From positions 67,188 to 131,187 of the forward strand of contig SHMW01000002.1 of the NCBI GenBank assembly GCA_008080735.1: a stretch of 64,000 nucleotides of DNA, read 5' to 3'. A model generated the notes under the pieces. That model did no database searches. It saw only the letters and a list, made by a program, of their open reading frames with translations, and had not been told where the DNA came from. Source of the DNA: Promethearchaeota archaeon. Lineage in GTDB: Archaea; Asgardarchaeota; Lokiarchaeia; Sigyniarchaeales; SOKP01. The position numbers were made by a program, and so were the translations under genes. Positions within the stretch are counted from its first letter, which is position 1; every line of letters starts with the position of its first letter. This document shows, piece after piece, positions 42,080 through 52,745 of the stretch.

Positions 42080-42805
42080 TTATTTAATAAGTAAATTTTC
42101 TAACCATTTCGGTAAGATAAATCCAAAATAGAAGCAGATTGATGAAAATATAAGTATAAACCGAATGATGGGAAGAGTTATAAAATCTAAGGGGATTTGC
42201 GAATCTGCTATTGATCCGATTGTAAAAAGAATAAAACTTGTCAAGAGAAATTTTCCCTTTAACTTTATAATTGCTTGATCAGACCTTATAGATTCTCGAG
42301 AAATAAGAATACCTACAAATAATATATAAAAAATTGTCAAAGTAAGACCGATTTGCAGAAAACCTCGATATTCCACATCTGTTATGCCTTGTAATATACC
42401 TAATTGTGTTTCCTGTAGATATTCATTTGAGGAAAATATAAATAACAGGGTTTCCCATACTATTGCGATTATTATTACAATAGCCATAAGAATTCGTTTT
42501 TTATTTTCGAATTTCAATTCTGTTAAAGCTGCTGTGAATAAAATATGAAATCCTGGAATTGCAATGTTTCCCAGTATTAAGTATTGAGTATCTGTAAGAC
42601 CAGACCCACCAGTAATTAAAGCTTTTAAAAAGGAGACTGTAGAAGACCACCAAGGACACGCGATTAAAATAATCGCAAATCCCATATATAGAATTGTTTT
42701 TACTCTATATTGGAAATATCTTGAAATTATTATTATTCCTACGATTGTAGAAATAATAACAAAAACGAGACTTAGAGATCCATTTAATATACTATTAATA
42801 TCCAT
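42080..42805 (-). CDS. standalone 7TM membrane protein (paralog 1)
   Basis: About seven hydrophobic helices; PWW, KLKGKFL, IIRFILIFSS-FYFGF-P-W. Confidence 0.75.
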   Translation of the reverse strand: MDINSILNGSLSLVFVIISTIVGIIIISRYFQYRVKTILYMGFAIILIACPWWSSTVSFLKALITGGSGLTDTQYLILGNIAIPGFHILFTAALTELKFENKKRILMAIVIIIAIVWETLLFIFSSNEYLQETQLGILQGITDVEYRGFLQIGLTLTIFYILFVGILISRESIRSDQAIIKLKGKFLLTSFILFTIGSIADSQIPLDFITLPIIRFILIFSSICFYFGFILPKWLENLLIK

Positions 42806-42924
42806 AAAATATTCCCTAAAATAGATATTATAGGTGGAAAATGCATTAAAGGATAAATATCTTAGCTATTAATATTAACAACAAATTGAGATAAATCGGA
42901 AATTTCGACTAAAAAATAATTGGT

Positions 42925-43668
42925 TTAAGCCATCATTTTATCTCCTATTAATAATTTAGCTAGCCTATCGGACATTAAAAAACCCAAATAATATTCTATC
43001 GCACTTGAGATCAATAAGATTCTAATTATTATTAAGATTATCGGATTTGTGAACCCTCCCGCATCGAATATTCCTCCAATCGCCAATGAAAACATTCCTG
43101 CTAAAATAAACTTCCCTTTAAGCTGGATTTTTGGGATATCTGATTTCATAGATTCTCGAGCAAATAATATACCTGTGATTAGAATAGTACCAATTGAAAA
43201 CATAAGAAATGATAATCCATACCATTGATGCTCCGAATTGAAATTTCCTATAGTTGCTATTTGGTCGGGATCGCTAAACAAAAAATATATGAAAAAGACT
43301 TCATATAATCCACAGATGATGATATATGGGGGAAATACTTTTTTAAACCAATTTGGATAAGCTAGTTTTAAAAATGAATACATCCAACATAATAGAGCAA
43401 TAAAAATAAACGCATCGCCGAAGAATAAAAATTCAATCTGAGTAAATTCATAATTAAAGAGTAGATAGGCAAGAAAGGAAAAAGCGGAGCCCCACCATGC
43501 AGAACTCAAGAAGATTAAGGCTAATCCTACTGTGATTAATTCCTTCATCTTAAGTTCAAAATATTTGGTAAGAATTCGAAGACCAATAATTATGGCTATA
43601 AACACAAAAATCACACTTAAAATTCCATAAAGAATCTCATAGCCTTGTATTCCATTTTGGAGCATCAT
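42925..43668 (-). CDS. standalone 7TM membrane protein (paralog 2)
   Basis: About seven TMs; AWW, QLKGKFI, IIRILLISS-YYLGF. Confidence 0.75.
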   Translation of the reverse strand: MMLQNGIQGYEILYGILSVIFVFIAIIIGLRILTKYFELKMKELITVGLALIFLSSAWWGSAFSFLAYLLFNYEFTQIEFLFFGDAFIFIALLCWMYSFLKLAYPNWFKKVFPPYIIICGLYEVFFIYFLFSDPDQIATIGNFNSEHQWYGLSFLMFSIGTILITGILFARESMKSDIPKIQLKGKFILAGMFSLAIGGIFDAGGFTNPIILIIIRILLISSAIEYYLGFLMSDRLAKLLIGDKMMA

Positions 43669-43889
43669 ACTAATTTATTGGTTTTTCATATAAAAAAGGT
43701 TATTGCTCATGTTTTTATTAAGATCTTATTATGATATTAATTTTATACTGCGCTGCTGGTTTATAGACCTTATTCTAAGATAATGAGGATTCACTTCAAT
43801 TTTTTCGTTTTTAAAAATTAATTAAAAAGAAAGAATTATACGAAATAATTACTTGTTACCTTAAAGAACCAATAATATACCTCAATATT

Positions 43890-44615
43890 ATGACCTCTGA
43901 TACTGAAGGCATAAAGAAGCAACTGACACAAAAAGTAGAGGTAATGAAGCTTTTGAATACGGTCACTCGTCTGAGGATAATCTTAATTTTATTGGTTTAT
44001 GGAAAGCAGAGTCTGGCAGAATTAGAAGAAAAAATTGGACGAACTAAGGCCACCATTACTCATCATATTAAGAAATTTGAAGAATTAGGAATTATAAAGA
44101 CTACGAGAAAAAATGCTCGGGGGTCAATTGATGCGAAAGTGTATCAATTAATTCCTGAGTTTTTAGATTTAATCCAATTAAGTCCCGAAGAGCTAAATGT
44201 TATCGAGGAGGATGACCAGAAAGATATATTGCAATTCTTACTACTAAGGGATAAATGGATGTTTGAGATGATCAGAAACATCTTTCAATTAATAAACCTA
44301 TTCTATAAGGATTTGGAATTTGATTTTGTAAATCTGAATTTAAAAGATTTTGAGGATGTTAAAAAACAATATTTTGAAAACTTAGTTCAGTATGATATCT
44401 TATTTCTTAATAAGGAACATAAGGACCAATATAGTGAGCTTTTAAAGTCCTTAAAGTCCAAATTGAACAAGAAAAGAGAAGAAGAAACAAATTACATTGT
44501 AAATGATGCTCCATATCTGATATTCAACTCGATAATCCCCTTGGAAGATATTCTGAAATATGATCCCGAGACAAGAAAATTCATTCGTTTCTTCAGAGTT
44601 TTCGATAAAGAATAA
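43890..44615 (+). CDS. ArsR-family winged-HTH transcriptional regulator
   Basis: RLRIILIL, SLAEL, KATITHHIKKFEELGII, KVYQL. Confidence 0.85.
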   Translation: MTSDTEGIKKQLTQKVEVMKLLNTVTRLRIILILLVYGKQSLAELEEKIGRTKATITHHIKKFEELGIIKTTRKNARGSIDAKVYQLIPEFLDLIQLSPEELNVIEEDDQKDILQFLLLRDKWMFEMIRNIFQLINLFYKDLEFDFVNLNLKDFEDVKKQYFENLVQYDILFLNKEHKDQYSELLKSLKSKLNKKREEETNYIVNDAPYLIFNSIIPLEDILKYDPETRKFIRFFRVFDKE

Positions 44616-44848
44616 CTACTTCTATCTAATAATCAACTCTGAAAAGGATTTGATTCTATTCATTATAGGTTGATGATTTATTTTTGTTTTTTTTCGTTAT
44701 ATATAATGATATATATCGTTTAAAAACCTTATTAAACATTTGATTATTTAAATAGGGTATCAAATATCTTTATATAAGATTTTTACTAATTATAATAATA
44801 TTGATTAACCAAATGGAATCACACGATAAATAAAAAAAAATGTTTTAA

Positions 44849-46258
44849 GTGAAAAATATGTCAAAAAGTAAGACAGATCAAGAATCAAAAATAGAAAAGA
44901 CATCTTCAAAAGGGAAGAGGGAGATGACTTGGTATGAAGACCCGAATCTGAGGAACCTCTACGTCAAAAGCGCCTCTAACGCTATGAAGGGTTATCACCT
45001 ACCGATTACCACCCCAAAAACAGTTTTTACAGGTACTAACAGTTTAACAGACTTTACAATTCATTTAGGTGCGTTTTTAGATGAAGATGAGAAGAGGGTT
45101 CTCATTATTGTAGATAAAGATCTGCGAAAAATGGGAGAGCGAGTTGCGGACTTTATTAAAGAAAAGCGGGATATAGAGAGCCGAATTTTTGACGAAGTCC
45201 TCCCTGAAGTCCCCAAGTCGAAAATTAACAAAGCGATTGATATTTGTAAAGAATTTGATCCAAAAGTGTTTATTGCGGTTGGTGGTGGGTCTGCGATTGA
45301 TATGTCGAAATTGATTCTTCTTTATTATGAAAAACCGGAAATAAATGTAAACCAGATGATGCCTCCAAGCTATTTAGGGCTTAGAAAAAAGGTCTACATA
45401 TTAGCAGCTATTCCTACAACCAGCGGTACGGGGGCAGAAGGCTCTTTTAACGCAATGATTTATGATGACACGCGAAAACCACCCGTGAAGGTTGCTGTTG
45501 CATTGTATGAATTTTGTCCTGATTTTGTGGTATTACATCCCGACTTTGTAAAAACAATGCCTAAATGGCTCACGATGGGTACGGGAATGGATGCTCTGGC
45601 TCACGCAACCGGAGCATATGTATTAATTGGCAGTTCACCCTTCACAGATTCTATGAATATTACAGGGATCGAATTGATTTTACAATATTTACCGAGAGCA
45701 GTAGCAAGAGGAGATGATATGGAAGCGCGCGAAAAAATGCAATTAGCAGCTTATCTTGCTGGCATTGGATTTATCAATACCAGCGCTGCGGGGGTAGAGC
45801 ACGCGCTTGGACATTCCTTCGGGGCCGTTTTCCACGTCCATCACGGAATTACAGTCGGACTCTTCTTGGCACCCTCTGTTGCGTATCAAGCAAAAGTCAC
45901 GGATAGATTTATTAAGCTTGCGGAAGTCTATGCCATAGAACTAAGCGATAAACCCCGGCATGATGTCATCACGGAGATTGCCCATATGTCCAGAGAGGAA
46001 GCATTGAGAACCTTTTTTAAAAACCTTTTCAAATTTATGAATATGGTCGGAGCTCCAAAATCCATTTCAGAGTTAGATATGCCACAAATAGATAAAGCGG
46101 ATTATGAGGCAAACTTAGGATTATTAGCAGAACAAGCATTTAATGATACATGTGCGCTATATTCTAGTAGACCGTTTACCCTGGAAAATATACGCCGGAT
46201 CTACGAAATTGCATGGGATAATGATATTGAAAAGTTAATTAAGTTATTTAAAACCTAA
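44849..46258 (+). CDS. iron-containing alcohol dehydrogenase
   Basis: AVGGGSAID, IPTTSGTGAE, GMDALAH, HALGH, HG. Confidence 0.92.
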   Translation: MKNMSKSKTDQESKIEKTSSKGKREMTWYEDPNLRNLYVKSASNAMKGYHLPITTPKTVFTGTNSLTDFTIHLGAFLDEDEKRVLIIVDKDLRKMGERVADFIKEKRDIESRIFDEVLPEVPKSKINKAIDICKEFDPKVFIAVGGGSAIDMSKLILLYYEKPEINVNQMMPPSYLGLRKKVYILAAIPTTSGTGAEGSFNAMIYDDTRKPPVKVAVALYEFCPDFVVLHPDFVKTMPKWLTMGTGMDALAHATGAYVLIGSSPFTDSMNITGIELILQYLPRAVARGDDMEAREKMQLAAYLAGIGFINTSAAGVEHALGHSFGAVFHVHHGITVGLFLAPSVAYQAKVTDRFIKLAEVYAIELSDKPRHDVITEIAHMSREEALRTFFKNLFKFMNMVGAPKSISELDMPQIDKADYEANLGLLAEQAFNDTCALYSSRPFTLENIRRIYEIAWDNDIEKLIKLFKT

Positions 46259-48124
46259 TTGGTGATTATGAAAATGTATGGATATAATGGAAAAATAGCC
46301 TATATCAACTTGTCAGATGGTACGATTGATATACAAAATTTAGATGAGGAAATAGCTAAAAAATATATCGGAGGAGCCAGTCTATCGGCTAAATTGACCT
46401 ACGATCTTCTTTCTGCCAATGATTTTGAGACTTTGAAGAGCGACCCGTTTAGTGAGATTAATCCTCTTATTTTCTCTACTGGACCCTTGACGGCCTCTTT
46501 AGTTCCTTCTAGTAGTCGATATTGCGTCACAGCGATCTCTCCTTTAACTGGAATCTGGGGAGAGTCGACTTCAGGAGGATACTTTCCCACCGCATTGAGA
46601 AGGAGTGGGTATGATGCCATCATCATTACGGGTAGAGCAAAAACTCCTCAAATGATAGTGATAAGAGATGGAGAGATCTCTATATTAGACGCTCAGGATA
46701 TTTGGGGGGACGATACGAGGACTGCTATAGGAAAAATTCGTGCGGACCTAGAAGATGACAAAATACGCGTTGCGTGTATTGGAAAAGGCGGAGAGAAGAA
46801 AGTTAGATATGCATGTATCATCAATGATGAGGGCCGGGCAGCTGGACGTTGCGGAATAGGAGGAATTATGGGAGATAAGCACCTTAAAGCAATTGCTATA
46901 AAAGGTTCAAATAAAATTGAATATGCTGATTTGGATAAAATGAGAAACACTATAAAGCCGATTAGAACGGTAATGGAACAGAATTTTGGCCTTAATTTTT
47001 TCAGCCATTATGGTACACTATGCTATATGGATATGGGGATGGTTTTGGGTGATGTTCCTCACAGATATTTCACTTCAACCGACTTTAGAGCCGAATATCT
47101 CACTGGAAGAGCACTTAAAGAAAAATATCCCGTCTTGAACTATAATTGTGCGGGATGTACTGTAGCATGTGGGCGAACAACTATTGTCGAAAAGAATGGA
47201 GAGAAACTCGAAATTGACGGACCTGAATATGAAACCACGGCTGCCTTCGGTCCTTTATGTGATGTACTTGACTGGGATCCGATTCTTGAATGTAACCATC
47301 TATGTAACTTACAAAGCTTGGATACCATATCTGCAGGAGTCAGTATCGCATTCTTATTTTATTTAGGGGAAGAAGGACTCGTTAAGGAGAAAATCACTCC
47401 TTTATTGAAAGATATGTCCTATGAGGATCTGAGATTTGGGAATGCTGAAATTATGGTAAAATTACTTAACCAAATTATTAACAGGGAAGGTATTGGAGAC
47501 CTTCTTGCAGAAGGAGTGAAACGCATAGCTGAGGAACTTGGAGTGGATCCAGAATTAGCCGCACATGTAAAAGGATTGGAAGTCCCTATGCATGATCCAC
47601 GAGCATATGCGATTCAAGCGTTAGCGTATGAAATATGCAATGTTGGAGCAAGTCATGAAAAACCAGATATTTTTAATATAGAGGGAGATACGGCTACAAT
47701 TCCACGTGTTAAAACAGGAGATCGATTTAGTCCAGAAGGAAAAGAAAAAGGTTTAGTTTTATACTGGAATTTGACGAACTTATATGATTCATCTGTTATT
47801 TGTAATTTTTCCCACATCCAACAAAATCAGCTCGCAAGATTATTAGGCGCATCGACAGGATTTAAAGAAATAGCTAAGAAAAAAGGTGCATTAGAAGCAG
47901 GAGAGAGAGGAAATCAGTTAAAAAGATTAATCAATTGTAAACTTGGAATTACCAGGAAAGATGATAAACTTCCAAAAATCGTTACAAAAGTACTTCATCA
48001 TGGTGGTGCGATGAATGTGAAATTAGATCTCGAGGACAATCTTAAGAAGTTCTATAAATATGCGGGATGGGATTGGGAATCTGGATGCCCTACGGAAGAA
48101 AAAATTCAAGAAATGGAAATTTAA
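46259..48124 (+). CDS. aor: tungsten-type aldehyde:ferredoxin oxidoreductase
   Basis: SPLTG, GRAAGRCG-G-MG-K-LKAI, C-GC-VAC, GPEYET, DTISAG, VKGLE-P-HDPR. Confidence 0.93.
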   Translation: MVIMKMYGYNGKIAYINLSDGTIDIQNLDEEIAKKYIGGASLSAKLTYDLLSANDFETLKSDPFSEINPLIFSTGPLTASLVPSSSRYCVTAISPLTGIWGESTSGGYFPTALRRSGYDAIIITGRAKTPQMIVIRDGEISILDAQDIWGDDTRTAIGKIRADLEDDKIRVACIGKGGEKKVRYACIINDEGRAAGRCGIGGIMGDKHLKAIAIKGSNKIEYADLDKMRNTIKPIRTVMEQNFGLNFFSHYGTLCYMDMGMVLGDVPHRYFTSTDFRAEYLTGRALKEKYPVLNYNCAGCTVACGRTTIVEKNGEKLEIDGPEYETTAAFGPLCDVLDWDPILECNHLCNLQSLDTISAGVSIAFLFYLGEEGLVKEKITPLLKDMSYEDLRFGNAEIMVKLLNQIINREGIGDLLAEGVKRIAEELGVDPELAAHVKGLEVPMHDPRAYAIQALAYEICNVGASHEKPDIFNIEGDTATIPRVKTGDRFSPEGKEKGLVLYWNLTNLYDSSVICNFSHIQQNQLARLLGASTGFKEIAKKKGALEAGERGNQLKRLINCKLGITRKDDKLPKIVTKVLHHGGAMNVKLDLEDNLKKFYKYAGWDWESGCPTEEKIQEMEI

Positions 48125-48167
48125 TACAATCTTTTTTTTTTATATTATAGCTTATTTATAAAGATAA

Positions 48168-48923
48168 TTGATGAATATTATGACAAAATTGATTTACTTG
48201 GGTTGCCTTTCCAAAAAACACTATGAAAAGACCTGTGCTAACGCGATAAGGGTGATCAATTATTTAGATGAGCAATATCAAGTGATTGATGATGCTCCTT
48301 GTTGCGGGTCCTTAACCTTTCATTACGGTAATAATGAGAAAACTAGAAACCACATAAAATATGTGAATTCTTGGTTTCAATATCATAATATAGATAAAAT
48401 TCTGACCATTTGCGCTGGATGTTATCAATATCTTACCAGGTATTATCCCGTGATCCTTGGTTCTGAATTCAATATTAAAGTGGAACATATCATCCAATTC
48501 ATAGCTAGGCCTGATAATTTGAAAAAATTAGATTTGAAATACAATGGAAAAAAACTGAAAATTTCTTATCATGATGCCTGTCATTTAAAAAATGCCATTC
48601 AACCCGTTATAGAGGAGCCAAGGACTATACTCAATTCAATTGACAAAATAACTTTACATGCAATGGAAAATGAAAAATTATATAGTATTTGTTGTGGCTC
48701 TGGCGGAGGCGTGTATTCTATATTCAAAGAAAACAGTGATTTTAATACCCAAACTATATTTGATCAAGCTAAACGAGCTAAAATCTTATTAACAGGGTGT
48801 CCATTCTGTTATACCGCATTTAAGCGAGTTGGGGCTGAGATTAATTATAAAAAAACAATAATGAAATTTGAAGATTTTATTGCTACAATAAAATTTGGAA
48901 ACGGAGGGAAAACATTGGAATGA
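48168..48923 (+). CDS. CCG-domain Fe-S protein (LutA/HdrB/GlpC-like)
   Basis: GC, CCG, CAGC, YHDAC, CCGSGGG, CPFC. Confidence 0.88.
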   Translation: MMNIMTKLIYLGCLSKKHYEKTCANAIRVINYLDEQYQVIDDAPCCGSLTFHYGNNEKTRNHIKYVNSWFQYHNIDKILTICAGCYQYLTRYYPVILGSEFNIKVEHIIQFIARPDNLKKLDLKYNGKKLKISYHDACHLKNAIQPVIEEPRTILNSIDKITLHAMENEKLYSICCGSGGGVYSIFKENSDFNTQTIFDQAKRAKILLTGCPFCYTAFKRVGAEINYKKTIMKFEDFIATIKFGNGGKTLE

Positions 48924-50221
48924 GTATGGGAGAAGATTATTATCGTGAGTTGAAAGCCAAAATTGAAAAACTTCGAAATGAGGACTCCTTAGAACATAAA
49001 TTCCATGAATTTTGGAAGTTGGGATGTACCGCAAAATATAAAGCTTTCGAATTGAAATTTTTATACGAAAATTCAAGTAGAGAATTTGTTGAGAAATATA
49101 AGGAGCAGCTAATCAAAATTAGGGAAGAATGCATCGAAGATTTAGAAAAGAATGTCGAAAAATGTATGAAAGTGATGAAGAAAGCCAATAATATGAGGGT
49201 ATATTATGCCAAAACTAATGAAGATGCACATCGATATTTCATGGAAGAATTAGGAGGCACACGAGTATTGTTTAAGTCTAAATCCAATGAAGCTAAAGAT
49301 ATTGGATTAATTGAATTTTTAGAGGAGGAGGGAATTGAACTCATTGAGACAGATATGGGTGATATTATCTTGGAATTAATGGAATATGACCACCCCACAT
49401 ATCAATTAGGACCCGGAGCACATTTTAAGGAAGAAGAAATAGTTCAAAAAATAAAAGAAAAACATGGAGTAGAATTAGAACCAAATGCACAAGCAATAGT
49501 AGATTATTATAGGGAAAATTTTAGGAAAGAATTGCTAAATAAAGTAAAAATTTCTTTAACTTCTGCCAATGCAATCTCTGCCGACGATGGAACGATTTTT
49601 CTGGGTGAAAATGAAGGAAATATAAGTCTTTTGACAAGGGCAGTGGATACGCATATAGTTGTATGCGGCATTACTAAAATTGTGCCCACGATAATAGATG
49701 CTTTGATTATAACGAAAATACAAGAGCGGATAAATAATGTGTCTTTTAGATACATATCTCTTATTTCTGGCCCATCTAATACTTCTGATATCCAAGGGAA
49801 ACAAGTACAAGGGATGTATGGTGCGAAAGAAGTTGTGGTCATTTTTGTTGATGATTGGAGGATAAGAGCAAAAGAAGAAGATATGCCATATAAAGATTTT
49901 CTTAAATGTATTTCATGTAAGAGCTGTATATATCTATGTACCGCATTTCGTGCATTTGGTAATCTCTATGCGTCAAAATATGGGATCGGAGGTCCAATGA
50001 TCATCCGAGATTACATCCATAATGGAATTGAAGCAGCTGTGAAAGATGGCTTGTTTCTGTGTAGTGGTTGCGAAAATTGTACGAATTGGTGTCCCGCGGG
50101 AATAGATCTCGCTCAAATTATAAGAATGTTAAAAAAAGAAGCCACAGATAATAATTTATGTCCCCTTACTCTAAAAGAATACCAAGAAAAAATAATAAAT
50201 GAAAAAAATCCTTTTCTTTAA
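48920..50221 (+). CDS. LUD-domain + 2x[4Fe-4S] protein (LutB-like)
   Basis: KSKS, ETDMGD, ENEGN, SGPS-T-DI, CISCKSCIYLC, CSGCENCTNWCP; 4-bp overlap with the upstream gene. Confidence 0.88.
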   Translation: MSMGEDYYRELKAKIEKLRNEDSLEHKFHEFWKLGCTAKYKAFELKFLYENSSREFVEKYKEQLIKIREECIEDLEKNVEKCMKVMKKANNMRVYYAKTNEDAHRYFMEELGGTRVLFKSKSNEAKDIGLIEFLEEEGIELIETDMGDIILELMEYDHPTYQLGPGAHFKEEEIVQKIKEKHGVELEPNAQAIVDYYRENFRKELLNKVKISLTSANAISADDGTIFLGENEGNISLLTRAVDTHIVVCGITKIVPTIIDALIITKIQERINNVSFRYISLISGPSNTSDIQGKQVQGMYGAKEVVVIFVDDWRIRAKEEDMPYKDFLKCISCKSCIYLCTAFRAFGNLYASKYGIGGPMIIRDYIHNGIEAAVKDGLFLCSGCENCTNWCPAGIDLAQIIRMLKKEATDNNLCPLTLKEYQEKIINEKNPFL

Positions 50222-50284
50222 CCCTATATTTTCTTTCTAATTCAGCTATAATTACTATTTATTCCCAAATTTTTGGTTATTAAG

Positions 50285-51016
50285 TTATTCTAATTTGTTC
50301 CGTATCCATTTTGGTAATGCCAATCCCAGATAAAGAAAGAGGAATAAAGCCATAATGCAAATCCTAACGGGGATAAGAAGGTATTGATCTGTAATGATAC
50401 TATCTACAATAGCAAATATATAGAGTGAAAACCCAATTATTAAAAATCGTCCACGCCATTTAAGATCCCTTTGGTCTGATTCTAAGGCCCTTCTTCCAAG
50501 ATGAATACCTGTAATTATTACAGCAATGCTAATAAGTATCGCAACAATAAGGATAAATCCCTGATAATAATGATCCAATTCAGTTTGATTTACTACTGGT
50601 AATAATTCTTTGACGGGAGTTCCAGTTGGTAAGAAAAGGGTATATATGATAAGTATATCAGATATTATTATAAAAATCCCCGTAATCACAATAATCTGAT
50701 TTCTTCTTTTTTGATATACTAAATCAAGATAAATATATAACCAACTTAAAAACGCAATAGGATATAGTGTGGAACCAATTAAAATATAAGCAGCATCATT
50801 TAGCACCAATTCTTGAGTAATTAACCAACTTAAATAATCAATTACTCCTGGTAACCAAGGGGTAATAGCAAGACTAAGTGTGATAAATACCAAATATAAG
50901 GTTTTTTCTTTTGTTTGAAATGCGCGAATTAAGGTATGAGAAGCGAGCAAAATAACAAACACGACCGCAATCAACATAATTATCGCGTTTATTTGTACGA
51001 CTGGACTTAAACTCAT
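50285..51016 (-). CDS. standalone 7TM membrane protein (paralog 3)
   Basis: About seven TMs; PWL, KWRGRFL, VRICI..LYLG..P-W. Confidence 0.75.
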   Translation of the reverse strand: MSLSPVVQINAIIMLIAVVFVILLASHTLIRAFQTKEKTLYLVFITLSLAITPWLPGVIDYLSWLITQELVLNDAAYILIGSTLYPIAFLSWLYIYLDLVYQKRRNQIIVITGIFIIISDILIIYTLFLPTGTPVKELLPVVNQTELDHYYQGFILIVAILISIAVIITGIHLGRRALESDQRDLKWRGRFLIIGFSLYIFAIVDSIITDQYLLIPVRICIMALFLFLYLGLALPKWIRNKLE

Positions 51017-51155
51017 TTTTTATCTCTCTGCGCTATTTTTGAATTTTCTTTATAATTTTTTTCAAAATGTAATGGTATTTAATATTAGCATATTATCTTC
51101 TTATAGTTAATAAAACTATTGGTCTTGAGAAATCAAGACGAAATCAAGACTTGAA

Positions 51156-52673
51156 TTAGGAAAAATAATGGTTTGATCCAAGATTATCTAAAAGGTTTTT
51201 TATTTTCTCATAAAGCACCTGAGAGATTAGGTTTAATTCAAATAATTGTTCAAACTCTTCTAAATCTATTATTCTCATTTTTTCTCCACTCTTTTCTATA
51301 ACATCAACCTCAAGATCAATATAATTTATGGATCGATTTGATATCTCTATGGGGGTATTGAAATTAATATATTTCCCCTTTAATTTTCCTTCATTAGAAT
51401 AATATTCATTTAAATAATACCATTGACCTTCTTTATATGTACTTAAAGCAAAATCACCATCCCCAATGGGAATATCTAACCCATCATATTTACCTCCTGA
51501 TTCAAATTCCCGACGTAATTCGATTTCTATGTGAGAATCTTTCATTTTCTTGAATGATTTGATTTTTCCCCCTCTTAAATGAAAATTTTTCCCAGATAGC
51601 TTTTGATGATTTATTCTCATCCACTTACCTTCTTGAATACGTTCAAAGTAATTCTCTAAATAAAATGTTTCAATCTTTTCCTTATCCAATCTTTTAATGG
51701 ATTCAACCAAATCTTCAGTATAATCTAAAAATTCCGTATCATCAGCACTATACTTACCCATTCTTCTTTTAATAGTTGATAATGATTTAATTGTATGATG
51801 GTTGTGAATTGTGCTTATTACTTTACTTCTAATCTTATCTAATTTTTTTTTGAATGGAGCGGAAAATAATAAATTTATTGATTTTGATATTGAGAATATT
51901 ATTCCAGGTGTATCTTGCATTTTTGAGATTAATTTAAGAATTTTCTGGTGTGAATTTTCCAATTCATTTAATTCCCTCTCTATATCCTCTTTTTTTGCGA
52001 ACTTTGCTGCAGTGCGACATATTATTCCAAAATCCTTCTCTTCTAAGAGAGTATTCCCTAGTTCATTTAATCTTTTTCTCTCTTGTGAATCATATATTTT
52101 TTTACTGATGAATACCTTATCCGCTTCCGGTAGAAGAACAAGAAAATCTCCTGGTAAAGTATAACCTTCTACCAATTCTGCCGCATGTGAACTAAAATCT
52201 TCCCTTCTAACTTGAAAAATCCTTTTTATTCCCTTTTTCATGAAAGAATCAAAATATCCTAAATTAGTAGAAAATTTAGAACGCTCTTTATTATCTTCAT
52301 CCGCCAATTTTACAAGACTATAATTCTTTTCTTTATTGGATTTTATCACTTCCCCCCCATAAATATCATTAACATTGAAATTAGAATTTAACCTAATCAG
52401 ATAAGGTTCCTTTTCTAATGTTAAAGGAAACATTTCGAAATCACTTTGTGAAAGTTCATTATAAAATTCCTTTTTTATCTTGATAGAAATTCCTTGTTTA
52501 TCATCTCTATCATTTATAGTAATATCCTTAGAGAGTAAATTATTTTGATAAGGTATACCAAAACGATCTCGGATTTGTGGACTCGGAAAAACAATCTTAT
52601 AATCTAAATCCATAAAAAGTTTAGTCAATGCGGTGCTATAAATACCTCTGATAAATACACCTCTATCGGGCAT
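51156..52673 (-). CDS. fau-1: FAU-1 AU-binding ribonuclease (RNase E/G-like + DUF402)
   Basis: IRGIYSTALTKL, ISKKI, RTAA, GKYDGL, GKYINFNTPIE, YIDLEVDV. Confidence 0.88.
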   Translation of the reverse strand: MPDRGVFIRGIYSTALTKLFMDLDYKIVFPSPQIRDRFGIPYQNNLLSKDITINDRDDKQGISIKIKKEFYNELSQSDFEMFPLTLEKEPYLIRLNSNFNVNDIYGGEVIKSNKEKNYSLVKLADEDNKERSKFSTNLGYFDSFMKKGIKRIFQVRREDFSSHAAELVEGYTLPGDFLVLLPEADKVFISKKIYDSQERKRLNELGNTLLEEKDFGIICRTAAKFAKKEDIERELNELENSHQKILKLISKMQDTPGIIFSISKSINLLFSAPFKKKLDKIRSKVISTIHNHHTIKSLSTIKRRMGKYSADDTEFLDYTEDLVESIKRLDKEKIETFYLENYFERIQEGKWMRINHQKLSGKNFHLRGGKIKSFKKMKDSHIEIELRREFESGGKYDGLDIPIGDGDFALSTYKEGQWYYLNEYYSNEGKLKGKYINFNTPIEISNRSINYIDLEVDVIEKSGEKMRIIDLEEFEQLFELNLISQVLYEKIKNLLDNLGSNHYFS

Positions 52674-52745
52674 AAGAATCCGATCTTTATAGGAAATAGA
52701 AATATAAAAACTATCGTGATTAAATTGATTAGCTCTTTTTTTATT

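Noticed and set aside
44739-44764. TTTGAT-N14-ATCAAA as the ArsR operator
   Set aside because: Six-bp arms in very AT-rich DNA are expected by chance.
42080-51016. 7TM proteins as rhodopsins
   Set aside because: No retinal-binding Lys (DxxxK/SxxxK) in the last helix; an Arg is conserved instead.
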